DNA of 64,000 nucleotides from Capsulimonadaceae bacterium (lineage in GTDB: Bacteria; Armatimonadota; Armatimonadia; Armatimonadales; Capsulimonadaceae), in assembly GCA_965215505.1 (NCBI GenBank), contig OZ244065.1, positions 2,752,001 to 2,816,000 of the forward strand, in the 5' to 3' direction. Below are positions 19,592-28,290 of the stretch, one piece after another. The translations under genes and the position numbers were made by a program. A model generated the notes under the pieces. It made no database searches, was not told the DNA's origin, and worked only from the letters and a program-made list of their open reading frames with translations. The first letter of the stretch is position 1; every line of letters begins with the position of its first letter.

Positions 19592-20398
19592 ATGAAAACG
19601 TACAGCAGAATGTTAGTGGATTTCTTCCGAGTTTCTAGTGTAGTCTCGGTCTGTGCGCTTTTGCTGGCTCTCGTCCCGCTACGGACAGACGCTAATGCTC
19701 AATATCAGAAGGACTATATCAGCGCCGTCCTTCCCTGGGCGCAGCAGGCTCATGCGACATTCGGCGTTCCGATTTCTGTTGCAATCGCGCAATCCGCCTA
19801 TGAGTCTGGCTGGTATCTATCCAACAAACCTAGCAACAACTTTTTCAACATCACTTATGTGGGGCCGGGATGTGACCCTTACACAACCGGGGGTTATGCC
19901 ATCAATGGGCGTGATTGGCGGGCCTATAGCAGTGGAGCAGATGCGTTCTTAGGATATGGCTACTTCCTCACCCACGATGGCTACTACACAGGTGTAAATG
20001 GCGCGAAGATAGATTGCCGCCCTGATTTAAACAATCCGCTGCAATTTCTCCATGACATTGCGTTCGACGGCTTTGACGGTGGGCCAAATGCCGACAGCAG
20101 CGTCAAGCAGGGCTACTACGACACAATCGCGAGCATTATCAGCTCTAACAATCTGACACAGTATGATGTGTCTAACAGCAGCGACACAGACATCTGGGTG
20201 GACAAAGGCTATAGCGGGGCGCAAAGCGGAACGCAGGCGAACCCATACAACACGGTCAAAGCCGCCGTGGACAAGGCCAATGCGACACAGCCGGTGACGA
20301 TCCATGTCGTGCCCGGCACCTACAGCGAGAAGGTAGGCACCAGCAAGCACATCCATTTCGTCACTAATGGCAGCGGCACGGTGCATATCGGTGGTTAG
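19592..20398 (+). CDS. Secreted glucosaminidase (GH73/FlgJ-like) peptidoglycan hydrolase with the same C-terminal module
   Basis: Signal peptide; SVAIAQSAYESGW, NNFFNI, WRAY, YGYFL, IISSNNLTQYD motifs. Confidence 0.8.
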   Translation: MKTYSRMLVDFFRVSSVVSVCALLLALVPLRTDANAQYQKDYISAVLPWAQQAHATFGVPISVAIAQSAYESGWYLSNKPSNNFFNITYVGPGCDPYTTGGYAINGRDWRAYSSGADAFLGYGYFLTHDGYYTGVNGAKIDCRPDLNNPLQFLHDIAFDGFDGGPNADSSVKQGYYDTIASIISSNNLTQYDVSNSSDTDIWVDKGYSGAQSGTQANPYNTVKAAVDKANATQPVTIHVVPGTYSEKVGTSKHIHFVTNGSGTVHIGG

Positions 20399-20481
20399 GA
20401 AGAGTGCGCCGGTGAGGATTTCGTGGAAGGCGACTTCCTGGCGTTCGCCCAGGCGTCCGATCAGATGTTGGAGGGATACGG

Positions 20482-20745
20482 ATGGCTGCGATAAAGGCCG
20501 CCCCAGCGGGCGATGTTTTAAGTCGAAGCGATTTGGACGTAAGCAGTGCGGACGCGGCCGGGATCGCGGAACGGATCGGCGCGTCCGAAGAGGAAGTCCG
20601 CCATGCGCTCAACGACTCCGACGCAGTGCGGTCGGTGATGCATGAACGGCATCTGCCGGTGGATTCAGCGGTCTTCGTGCTTGTCGCGAACGCGCAGGCG
20701 CAGCGAAGAAAAGATGCCATTGTCACCGTCCCCGCCGGAGAGTGA
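20482..20745 (+). CDS. Small hypothetical protein
   Basis: GGAGGG RBS, 87-aa ORF with plausible helical composition. Confidence 0.5.
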   Translation: MAAIKAAPAGDVLSRSDLDVSSADAAGIAERIGASEEEVRHALNDSDAVRSVMHERHLPVDSAVFVLVANAQAQRRKDAIVTVPAGE

Positions 20746-20805
20746 GACGGTTGCCCCAGCGTCTTCAAGGCACCGGATGTTTAGAGACAGGGCGCGGCAG
20801 GACAA

Positions 20806-21041
20806 GAGGGCGCGATGAGTCGCGCCCCTACAGGTTGTAGGGGCGAACCTTGTGTTCGCCCTCTGCTCCGTGCGCCCTCCCCGTCTGGCTCCCCCAGAAT
20901 TGAGGGCGGGGGGGCGATCTGGGCGCGGGGCAGATGCCCCGCGCCTTTTTCACGTCTCGCCCCACCCCCCGATTGACGGCGGGCGGGTGGTGTGTTAGAA
21001 TAGCGGCAGGGACAGAGGGCGCGGCAAGCGGCGCCCCTACG
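20806..21041. repeat. Cluster of REP-like units (family A variants and F)
   Basis: Units at 20806-20832, 20836-20863, 20884-20913, 21014-21041. Confidence 0.8.
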
Positions 21042-21082
21042 ATCCACTCAGAAGCCCCGGAACGCCGGGGACTCAGGCACCC

Positions 21083-22540
21083 ATGCAAAAAACACACCTG
21101 CGCGTCTTTCTGCCGTTCTCCGCCTTCCGGCCGCTCTCCGCCCTCCTCCTATTCTTGACCCTCCTGCTCGGCCTCCCCCCGGCGCGCGCTGTGGAGACGG
21201 ACCTGACCGTCCATGACCCGTCCACGGTCGTCAAGAGCGGCGGGACGTACTGGGTCTATGGGACGGGGCGGGGCCTGCCGCAGTTCTCCTCGCCCGACCG
21301 CCAACACTGGACCTTCCAGGGACCGGTCTTTGCTGCCGCGCCCGCCTGGGTGGCGGACGATGTCCCCGCCAACCGGGGCAACAACGTCTGGGCACCGGAT
21401 GTTCACTTCTTTGGCGGCCTGTGGCACCTCTACTACACCTATTCCAGCTTCGGCAGCAAGGTGTCGGGCATCGGCGTCGCGACCAACCCCTCTCTGGACC
21501 CGAAGACCTGGGCCGACCAGGGGCTTGTCGTCCGCACGGGCCGGGACACCAACTACAACGCCATTGACCCCTGCATCTTCCTGGACGCATCCGGCAAACC
21601 GTGGCTGTCCTTCGGCTCCTACTTCAGCGGCATCAAGATGGTCGCGATCGACCCCGCGACCGGCAAGCAGGCATCGGGCGACACCACGGTCTACAACCTC
21701 GCCACCCGGCCCAACACGCCGCCGAACGCGATCGAGGCGTCCTGCGTGTATTTTCACGCGGGGTACTACTACTTGTTCCTGGATTGGGACGCCTGCTGCG
21801 CCGGGCCGCGCAGCACCTACAACATCCGCGTGGGCCGGTCCAAGGCCGTCACCGGACCGTATCTGGACAAGGCGGGAAAGGACATGCAGGCGGGCGGCGG
21901 GACTTTGTTCCTCGGTTCGGTCGGCGACAACGGCTCCGGCCGGCCCATTGACGACGAGGTCGGGCCAGGCCACGCGGGCATCCTGGAGGATGGGGGCAGT
22001 ACCTACGTTTCCTACCATGAGGAGTTCACCCGCGACAAGGGGCGGTCAACCCTGTACGTCAATAAGCTGGCCTGGGAAACGGACGGCTGGCCGCGCGTGG
22101 TCCTCGACCCCGGCCCATACCGGCTGGTCTCGTTCCTCGCCACTCACCCCGTCGCCCAGCCCGTGACCGGAGCGGCGGGAAAACCCGTCGCCGTGCAGAC
22201 CGGCCTCCCGACCGGCAGCCTGGGCGAGCGATGGACGTTGAGCTATCTCGGCGACGGCTTTTATCGCTTGGTCAGCGCCGCAAGCGGCAAGGCGCTGGCC
22301 GTCGCGGGGGACGCGGCCAAGCCCGGCGCGGCGGTCCAGCTCGCGCCCGTCGCGCCCCGCGCCGGCCAGCAGTGGTATCTCCAGCAGAACGACGACGGGA
22401 CCTGGACGCTGCTGTCCAAGAGCAGCGGCAAGGCCGCCGCCCTGGACGTCAGCGGCTGCTCGCTGAACGACGGCACGCCGCTGGAGCAGTGGACCGCGAA
22501 CGGCCTGGACTGCCAGAAGTGGTCCTTCCGGGCGCAGTGA
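21083..22540 (+). CDS. GH43 endo-1,5-alpha-L-arabinanase-like enzyme with C-terminal ricin (CBM13) domain
   Basis: VHDPS, WAPD, NAIDP, SFGSY, AIEA, VGRS, GPGH motifs; QQW/QKW ricin repeats. Confidence 0.9.
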   Translation: MQKTHLRVFLPFSAFRPLSALLLFLTLLLGLPPARAVETDLTVHDPSTVVKSGGTYWVYGTGRGLPQFSSPDRQHWTFQGPVFAAAPAWVADDVPANRGNNVWAPDVHFFGGLWHLYYTYSSFGSKVSGIGVATNPSLDPKTWADQGLVVRTGRDTNYNAIDPCIFLDASGKPWLSFGSYFSGIKMVAIDPATGKQASGDTTVYNLATRPNTPPNAIEASCVYFHAGYYYLFLDWDACCAGPRSTYNIRVGRSKAVTGPYLDKAGKDMQAGGGTLFLGSVGDNGSGRPIDDEVGPGHAGILEDGGSTYVSYHEEFTRDKGRSTLYVNKLAWETDGWPRVVLDPGPYRLVSFLATHPVAQPVTGAAGKPVAVQTGLPTGSLGERWTLSYLGDGFYRLVSAASGKALAVAGDAAKPGAAVQLAPVAPRAGQQWYLQQNDDGTWTLLSKSSGKAAALDVSGCSLNDGTPLEQWTANGLDCQKWSFRAQ

Positions 22541-22548
22541 CGGCCCGC

Positions 22549-22577
22549 TTGACAGGCCCCGGCTTCTCTGCTACACT
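22549..22577 (+). promoter_or_regulatory. Sigma70-type promoter
   Basis: TTGACA-17 nt-TACACT with TG extension. Confidence 0.6.
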
Positions 22578-22619
22578 GTGCCCATTCGTTCGCCAACGCC
22601 CGCCACAAGGAGAAGCCTC

Positions 22620-23318
22620 ATGAAACGACTCGTCCCCGCCCTGTTCGCCGCCTCCGTCGGCCTCGGCCTGCTTTCTGCGCCGGCCGCCCGTGCCGAGGAC
22701 AAGCCCGCCGCCGTCATCTACACGCCCACCACAACGACCGTCGCCATCCTGCCCGTCATCAAGAAAGAGGACGCCACGGACGGTAAGGCAAAGGCCGACG
22801 CCAAGGACGCCCCGAAAGACGCCCCGCTCCTGGAGCGCCACGTCGTGAAGGCCCGCGAGGAGTTGGCGACCCTGTTCACCGCCCACGGCTTCCGGGTGGC
22901 CGACGACGACGCCGTCCAGAAGGCCATCGCCGACGGCAAGATAGACCTGACCGACGAGGAGAACCAGCGCCGGGCCGTCTTCTACCAGATCGGCAAGGCG
23001 GCCCACGCGGACCTCGTCGTCTTCGTGATCATCGAGAGCGTCTCGCGCCACAACAAGAGCAACTCCATCCTCGGCCAGCAGAAGGAAGGCAAAGCCCTCC
23101 TGAAGCTGTGGCTCGTGGACGCCGACCGCGAGCAGCCCCTGCTGAACGCCGTCCAGCACGAGGGCAAGGCCGCCTCCAACGCCTTCATGGACAACCAGAT
23201 CGGCGCGGACACCAACGGCTACAGCCGCTACACCATCCGCGCCGTCGGGCACGGCATTGACGACATCCTGAAGGACTTCTTCAAGCCCTACCCGGAAGCG
23301 GGGAAGGCGGGCAAATAG
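22620..23318 (+). CDS. Secreted hypothetical protein (TolB-N/CsgG-like alpha/beta fold possible)
   Basis: AAGGAG RBS, signal peptide, TVAILP and IGKAAHADLVV patterns. Confidence 0.65.
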   Translation: MKRLVPALFAASVGLGLLSAPAARAEDKPAAVIYTPTTTTVAILPVIKKEDATDGKAKADAKDAPKDAPLLERHVVKAREELATLFTAHGFRVADDDAVQKAIADGKIDLTDEENQRRAVFYQIGKAAHADLVVFVIIESVSRHNKSNSILGQQKEGKALLKLWLVDADREQPLLNAVQHEGKAASNAFMDNQIGADTNGYSRYTIRAVGHGIDDILKDFFKPYPEAGKAGK

Positions 23319-23326
23319 GAACCTCC

Positions 23327-23782
23327 ATGCCACACACCTTGCAAGACTACCTCGTGACCGCGACGCACAAGGCGGCGGCGGACCTCGCCACCGCCTTCCT
23401 CCGCCTGCCGGAAGACAGGCGTGGGTGGAGTCCCGAGGGGAAGGGCCGCACCGCGCTCGACCAGGTGGCCGAGTGCGCCGTCCTCAACGGGTACACGGCG
23501 GAGCTGATCCAGACCCGGACGTGGCAGCCCGACTGGTTCGGCACCTTCCCCGCCGCCAAAGCTGAGGCCGCCGCACAGGACTGGGACATGCTCCACGCGC
23601 GGCTCCTGGAGGGCACCGCCCGTGTCGCGGACGCCATCGCCGCCGTCCCCGACGAGGCGCTGGCCGACGAGATCCAGTTGTTCGGGCGGACGATGGGGAT
23701 GGCCGAGATCCTCGCCCGCTCCTATTGGAACATGACCTACCACGAAGGGCAAATCAGCTATGTCGGTTCCTTGCTTCCCTGA
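23327..23782 (+). CDS. DinB-family protein
   Basis: WSPEGKGRTALDQVAEC, NMTYHEGQISY. Confidence 0.8.
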   Translation: MPHTLQDYLVTATHKAAADLATAFLRLPEDRRGWSPEGKGRTALDQVAECAVLNGYTAELIQTRTWQPDWFGTFPAAKAEAAAQDWDMLHARLLEGTARVADAIAAVPDEALADEIQLFGRTMGMAEILARSYWNMTYHEGQISYVGSLLP

Positions 23783-23801
23783 GCCTTCAGCGCAGGCGAC
23801 G

Positions 23802-23856
23802 TGTGACATATTTCACACGCGCTTCCGTTGACAACCGAGCAGGCCCGTGATATAAT
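23802..23856 (+). promoter_or_regulatory. CRP-family consensus site plus consensus sigma70 promoter of the cold-shock gene
   Basis: TGTGA-CATATT-TCACA at 23802-23817; TTGACA 23828-23833, 17 nt, TATAAT 23851-23856. Confidence 0.8.
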
Positions 23857-23945
23857 TTGTCTTGCGAGGGTAATCTTCCCTCGCTTGTCTGAGTACTTCG
23901 GCAGACACTTCCACCAGTTCTCTCAGGAGGCACGAAGGTAAGACC

Positions 23946-24188
23946 ATGTTACACGGGAAAGTCAAATGGTTCAGTGACCTGAAAGGCTACGGCTTTATCG
24001 AGGTCGAAGGGCGGAAGGACGTGTTCGTCCACTTCTCCGCGATCGAACAGGCCGGCTACAAGAGCCTGGCGGAAGGCCAGACCGTCGCCTTCGAGATCGT
24101 GGACGGCGACAAGGGACCCCAGGCGGCGCAGGTGACGCCGGAGCAGGCGGCGGCAGGGCTGCCGACGCGGGAGGCGGTCGCCGCCTGA
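23946..24188 (+). CDS. Cold-shock protein (CspA family)
   Basis: GKVKWF, KGYGFI (RNP1), DVFVHFSAI (RNP2), KGPQA. Confidence 0.95.
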   Translation: MLHGKVKWFSDLKGYGFIEVEGRKDVFVHFSAIEQAGYKSLAEGQTVAFEIVDGDKGPQAAQVTPEQAAAGLPTREAVAA

Positions 24189-24308
24189 TCTCCTAACTTT
24201 TTCTTCCTGTCAAGGATGCCCCGGCGTGTGCCTGCCTGTGCTGTTCAGGCGCCCGCCGGGGCGTTTCCCTGAGTCGCCGCCGGGGGCGATTTTCTGCTAT
24301 ACTGTTCT

Positions 24309-24950
24309 ATGCCAACCTCGTCTAAGCCGACCTCGGAAAAACCCGCCCCCGGCCCCATCATCAACCGCGAGGCCGACCGCCGCCTGGGCCGCATCGCGAT
24401 GACCTACGGCCTCCTCGTCTTCGCCCTGCTGGTCCTGACCACGCTCCTCCTCAGCTTCGCCAATGCCGCCACCCAGCCCAGGACGCTGGGGGACCTGATC
24501 CACAACCCGAAGCTCGCCGGGCTGAACCTCCTGAGCATCCTAGTCGTCGTCGTCCCCTTCTACTTCGGCATCCACCGCCTGTTCGCCGCCCGGCTGGAGA
24601 TCGGCCGGGAGCGCGTCCAAGCCCGCGCCTGGCGCGAGGCGGTCGCCGCCCTGGAGCCGTTCGCCTCCCCCATGCAGCGATTCCTGGACGGCACCGGCGA
24701 GGCGCACTATCTGCTGGCGCAAGCGTACACGGGGGCGGGGGATAAAGTGAAGGCCGAGGCCGCCCGCGCCTTCGTCCGCCGCAAAAAGGGAGTCTGGGCC
24801 GAGAAGCTGACGCCGGGCCGCGTCCAGATCACGGCGGGCAAGAACCGGACTGAGAAGAACCGCGCCGCGAAGGGCGCGGGCGTCTACACGGTCCCCGAGC
24901 AGGAAAACCGCCCCCGCCCGCCGAAAGGCAGGCCGAAAAGGCGGTTCTGA
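24309..24950 (+). CDS. Hypothetical membrane protein (two TM helices, TPR-like helix pair, basic tail)
   Basis: Hydrophobic segments; EAHYLLAQAY; host-like codon usage. Confidence 0.7.
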   Translation: MPTSSKPTSEKPAPGPIINREADRRLGRIAMTYGLLVFALLVLTTLLLSFANAATQPRTLGDLIHNPKLAGLNLLSILVVVVPFYFGIHRLFAARLEIGRERVQARAWREAVAALEPFASPMQRFLDGTGEAHYLLAQAYTGAGDKVKAEAARAFVRRKKGVWAEKLTPGRVQITAGKNRTEKNRAAKGAGVYTVPEQENRPRPPKGRPKRRF

Positions 24951-24992
24951 CAAGCCCCGGCAGCCGGAAGTCCGGCAGCAATATCCGAAGCC

Positions 24993-25062
24993 CCGAAGGG
25001 GCGGCCCACCGGCGGAGCCGGGAGTACCCCAATAAAACCCTGGACCGGCCCTTCAGGGCCGG
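24993..25062. repeat. Palindromic intergenic repeat (family E, second copy)
   Basis: Shares 31-bp block and CCGGCCCTTCAGGGCCGG hairpin with 1362-1418. Confidence 0.8.
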
Positions 25063-25116
25063 CTCACAGGCGGGCCTACGCCGCCCAACGCCCCAGCATC
25101 GGGTACACTAACGCTT

Positions 25117-25425
25117 ATGGAAATCACCGAACGCTACACGACCCGCGTGGGGCGGCAGTTCCTCATCCGCCTCTCCTACAACGAGCGAATCCAGGACGCC
25201 GACCCCGGCACGGCCTTCATCAAGTCCGTTGAAGTCACCGACGCCGAGACAAAGGAATCCGTCGCCGTGCCGGCCAGCGCCTCCAAGTTCTCCACCTATG
25301 AGAACTTCACCAACTTCGGCGGCTACACCGCCATCAACTACTTCGGCTCCCGTGAGACCGCCATTGAGGGCCTGCGGACGAAGGTGTTGACGCGCATCGA
25401 GGACCAACTAGAGAGGCTGGGCTAA
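25117..25425 (+). CDS. Hypothetical protein
   Basis: Strong GC3 bias; TACACT -10 box 7 nt upstream. Confidence 0.7.
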   Translation: MEITERYTTRVGRQFLIRLSYNERIQDADPGTAFIKSVEVTDAETKESVAVPASASKFSTYENFTNFGGYTAINYFGSRETAIEGLRTKVLTRIEDQLERLG

Positions 25426-25430
25426 CGCCG

Positions 25431-25769
25431 ATGCCATCCGAGCAGCAGACCGACAAAGCACCCTCGCTCCAGGCGCAGACGATGGAGCTTGGCCGGACCT
25501 TGAAGGCGATTGCCGACAACGACCCGTCCGGCACGCCCTCCGCCCAAGCCGCCGCCGTCTTCGCCGGCTGGCTAGCCCTGGCCGGGCCGACCAGCCGCGA
25601 GCCGCTTTATCTGGCCGATGTCGCCGACAACTACGACGTCTTCGGCAACACCAACAAGGACCTCTTCGAGCTGTTCGACATCCTGGACAACTACATCGAG
25701 GTGGAGGACGAGGAGCCGGGCGACGCCCCGCCGCGCACCTTCATCAACCTGCCGCTGGTGGCCGGATAA
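25431..25769 (+). CDS. Hypothetical acidic protein
   Basis: 5 nt after previous stop; strong GC3 bias. Confidence 0.65.
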   Translation: MPSEQQTDKAPSLQAQTMELGRTLKAIADNDPSGTPSAQAAAVFAGWLALAGPTSREPLYLADVADNYDVFGNTNKDLFELFDILDNYIEVEDEEPGDAPPRTFINLPLVAG

Positions 25770-25801
25770 TGTCCGCCGAACGGACCCTCTGAGGAGCAGT
25801 C

Positions 25802-27064
25802 TTGGCCTCAATCCCTACCTTTGAACAACGAAAAGTCGTCTCGCTCTTCACCGTCCTCGGCTGGCTCGGCCTGGCCCTCTTGGGCCTGTGGCTGCTCTAC
25901 GCCCTGCGCGACCTGATCCCCCCGTTCCTCGTGGCGACCATCATCGCCATGACGCTCACCCCCGAGGCGGACCGGCTGGAGCGGCAGGGGCTGTTCGGCG
26001 TCCGCTTCCCGCGCGGGGCGGCCATCGGCGTCATCTACTTCCTGTTCCTGGCGATCTTCGCGCTGATGCTCAAGGGCCTCAGCCTGGTCAGCGTTCAAAT
26101 GGTCGAGCTGGTCACCCGCTTCACCCAGCCGTGGCTGTCCGGTACGCCCGCCGAAGTCGCCAAGAGGGCCGGGAGATGGATGACCGACCACCACATCCCC
26201 GTCGCAATGAACGCGCCTGTGCTGAACTACGCGCGGCACATCCCCGAGATTCTGGGCAACGGCCTGACCTGGTTCGGCAACAACCTGCCCGCGCTGGCCG
26301 GCAACCTCGTCTGGGTAGTCATCGTCCCCATCATCACGTTCTTCATCCTGCTCGATTTCAACAAGATATTGGGCAAAACACTGCTGCTGTTCCCCCGCGA
26401 GAAGCGCGAGGGCATCCTGACCACCGTGACCGACATCATCGCCGTGTTCGGCTCCTACGTCCGGGGCGTCCTGACCGTGATGGCGCTCGACATCGTGGTC
26501 ATCTTCGGCGTCCTCTGGGCCTTCGGCCTGCGCGATTATGCGCTGACCCTGGCGATTACGGCGGGCCTGCTGTATACAATCCCCTACTTTGGTGCCCTGG
26601 TTTCGACCATCCTCATCGGCCTGGTCGCACTCGCCACCCACGGGCTTGCCATCGCCGTTGGCCTGGTGCTAGTGATGATCTTCATCCACCAGATCGTCTT
26701 CGATAACATCATCGCCCCGCGCGTCATCGGCGGCAGCGTCAACCTGCACCCGCTCCTGACACTGCTCTCCCTAATGGCCGGCGGCACTCTGTTCGGCATC
26801 GGCGGGACCTTGCTGGCCGTGCCCATCGCCGCCGCCCTCCAGGTGATCCTGATCCGCCTCTTCCCGCAGTTCAAGACCGACGTCCTCGCCGTCCGCCGGG
26901 CCGCCAACATCGTCCAGAAGAGCATCGCCAAGGACAGCGAGGACGCAAAGCCCGAGGCGCGCAAGGACGGCGACGCCCCCGCTCTCCAGCGCGAGCAGGC
27001 CGAGGCCCGCGCCGATGCCCAGGCCACCCAGGTCCTGCCCGTCGGCGACCCGGCGAAGAACTAG
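25802..27064 (+). CDS. AI-2E (PerM) family transporter
   Basis: GAGGAG RBS before TTG; multiple TMs; IPYFG, NIIAPRVIG, LHPL, LLAVP motifs. Confidence 0.9.
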   Translation: MASIPTFEQRKVVSLFTVLGWLGLALLGLWLLYALRDLIPPFLVATIIAMTLTPEADRLERQGLFGVRFPRGAAIGVIYFLFLAIFALMLKGLSLVSVQMVELVTRFTQPWLSGTPAEVAKRAGRWMTDHHIPVAMNAPVLNYARHIPEILGNGLTWFGNNLPALAGNLVWVVIVPIITFFILLDFNKILGKTLLLFPREKREGILTTVTDIIAVFGSYVRGVLTVMALDIVVIFGVLWAFGLRDYALTLAITAGLLYTIPYFGALVSTILIGLVALATHGLAIAVGLVLVMIFIHQIVFDNIIAPRVIGGSVNLHPLLTLLSLMAGGTLFGIGGTLLAVPIAAALQVILIRLFPQFKTDVLAVRRAANIVQKSIAKDSEDAKPEARKDGDAPALQREQAEARADAQATQVLPVGDPAKN

Positions 27065-27109
27065 ACGCCGAAAAGGGCGGGTTTCCCCCGCCCTCCCCTT
27101 TCCTCGCTC

Positions 27110-27277
27110 TCAGGCCTGCTTCCCCCGCGCCCGGCACCCGTCACTGCAATAGACTACCTGCTCCCAATCCCGTGCCCACTTCTTGCGCCAGGTGAACGGC
27201 CGGCCGCACGCTGGGCAGGTCTTCGTCGGCAGCCCGTGCGGGTTGCGGAACCCCTCCCCTTTCGTCTTCTTCACCAC
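27110..27277 (-). CDS. DUF2256-family small protein (55 aa, absent from ORF track)
   Basis: Manual translation [63 protein letters not shown]. Confidence 0.9.
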   Translation of the reverse strand: MVKKTKGEGFRNPHGLPTKTCPACGRPFTWRKKWARDWEQVVYCSDGCRARGKQA

Positions 27278-27300
27278 GCCTCCCCCTACATCGGCTTTTC

Positions 27301-27531
27301 CTACATCGGTTCGCCCGTCGGCGACAGGTGTGACGAGATCTCCGAGGCGTGGGCCGTCGAAACCCAGAGCTGCGGGTCCTCGTCGAAGACCTGCTTGCTG
27401 GTCACGTCCGAGAAGTGATACGTCTTCCCGTCATAAAAGCTGCTGTAGCGCGGCCCGCCCCGGTCCGGGTCCACTTCCAGGTGCGAAACCGGGTCGGTCC
27501 ACACGTCATGCTCCGGTCTATTGTCTGCCAT
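27301..27531 (-). CDS. YHS-domain small protein
   Basis: TDPVSHLEV...[10 protein letters not shown]...F.EDP; AAGGAG RBS. Confidence 0.75.
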   Translation of the reverse strand: MADNRPEHDVWTDPVSHLEVDPDRGGPRYSSFYDGKTYHFSDVTSKQVFDEDPQLWVSTAHASEISSHLSPTGEPM

Positions 27532-27653
27532 AGTGGTACTCCTTTGCCAAGAGTATGCCCCGTCCCCGTGCGTGTAAATCCATTTGAGTCCTTGAAGATG
27601 ACAGAACTGACGACTGTGGTATAATCGGTTGACAAACTTGACAAAGGTACACC

Positions 27654-28289
27654 ATGACAACGACACTGGACTTCCGACTTTCGCTCCCGCCCGCACAGGG
27701 GCAGGAAGAACAGGCGCTCCACCGCTCCGTTCTTGCCTCGACCGTCCACATCTTGCAGCACGTCTTCGAGCAGGCGACGCCGGACGACCTTCGGGCCGCC
27801 GACCGAGTCCTTTCGCGCATCACGCCGCCCGCCGATGAGTCGGAGCAGAGGTCGCCGGTCCAGCGACTTACGGGCGGACGCACATACAGCCCTCTGGAAC
27901 AGATCGCCCTGGAAGCGGCTAATTTGCAGCGCCTGTTCGACACGCGCCGCGCCTTCCTCAGCGGGGCCTTATCGGCCTCGGAAGCGGCCCGCCTTCTCAG
28001 AGTTTCGCGCCAGACGGTCTACGAGCGGGCGCGGAAGGGGGAACTGCTGGCGGTCGAGGCAGGGGGGGCGCGGCGGTTCCCGGCCTGGCAATTCGACCCC
28101 GAAGGCCCCGGCGGAGTCGTGGCCGGGATGCCCGACGTGCTGCGCGCGCTGCCGGCCTCGCCTTATGCCAGAGCCTTGTGGCTTGTGCGCCCTAACTCCA
28201 CGTTCGAGGGCCGGACGCCGCTGGAAACGCTGAGGGCTGGGGAACGGGAGCGCGTGCTGGAAGCAGCCGCAGCCGTCGGGGCGGTTTGA
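27654..28289 (+). CDS. Antitoxin with excisionase-like HTH and Xre/MbcA/ParS-type C-terminal domain
   Basis: EAARLLRVSRQTVYER, FPAWQF, WLVRPN..FEGRTPLETL; directly upstream of RES gene. Confidence 0.8.
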   Translation: MTTTLDFRLSLPPAQGQEEQALHRSVLASTVHILQHVFEQATPDDLRAADRVLSRITPPADESEQRSPVQRLTGGRTYSPLEQIALEAANLQRLFDTRRAFLSGALSASEAARLLRVSRQTVYERARKGELLAVEAGGARRFPAWQFDPEGPGGVVAGMPDVLRALPASPYARALWLVRPNSTFEGRTPLETLRAGERERVLEAAAAVGAV

Positions 28290-28290
28290 C

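Noticed and set aside
17191-20398. Prophage or contractile injection system
   Set aside because: No integrase, capsid, terminase, sheath, baseplate or holin; all three proteins have signal peptides
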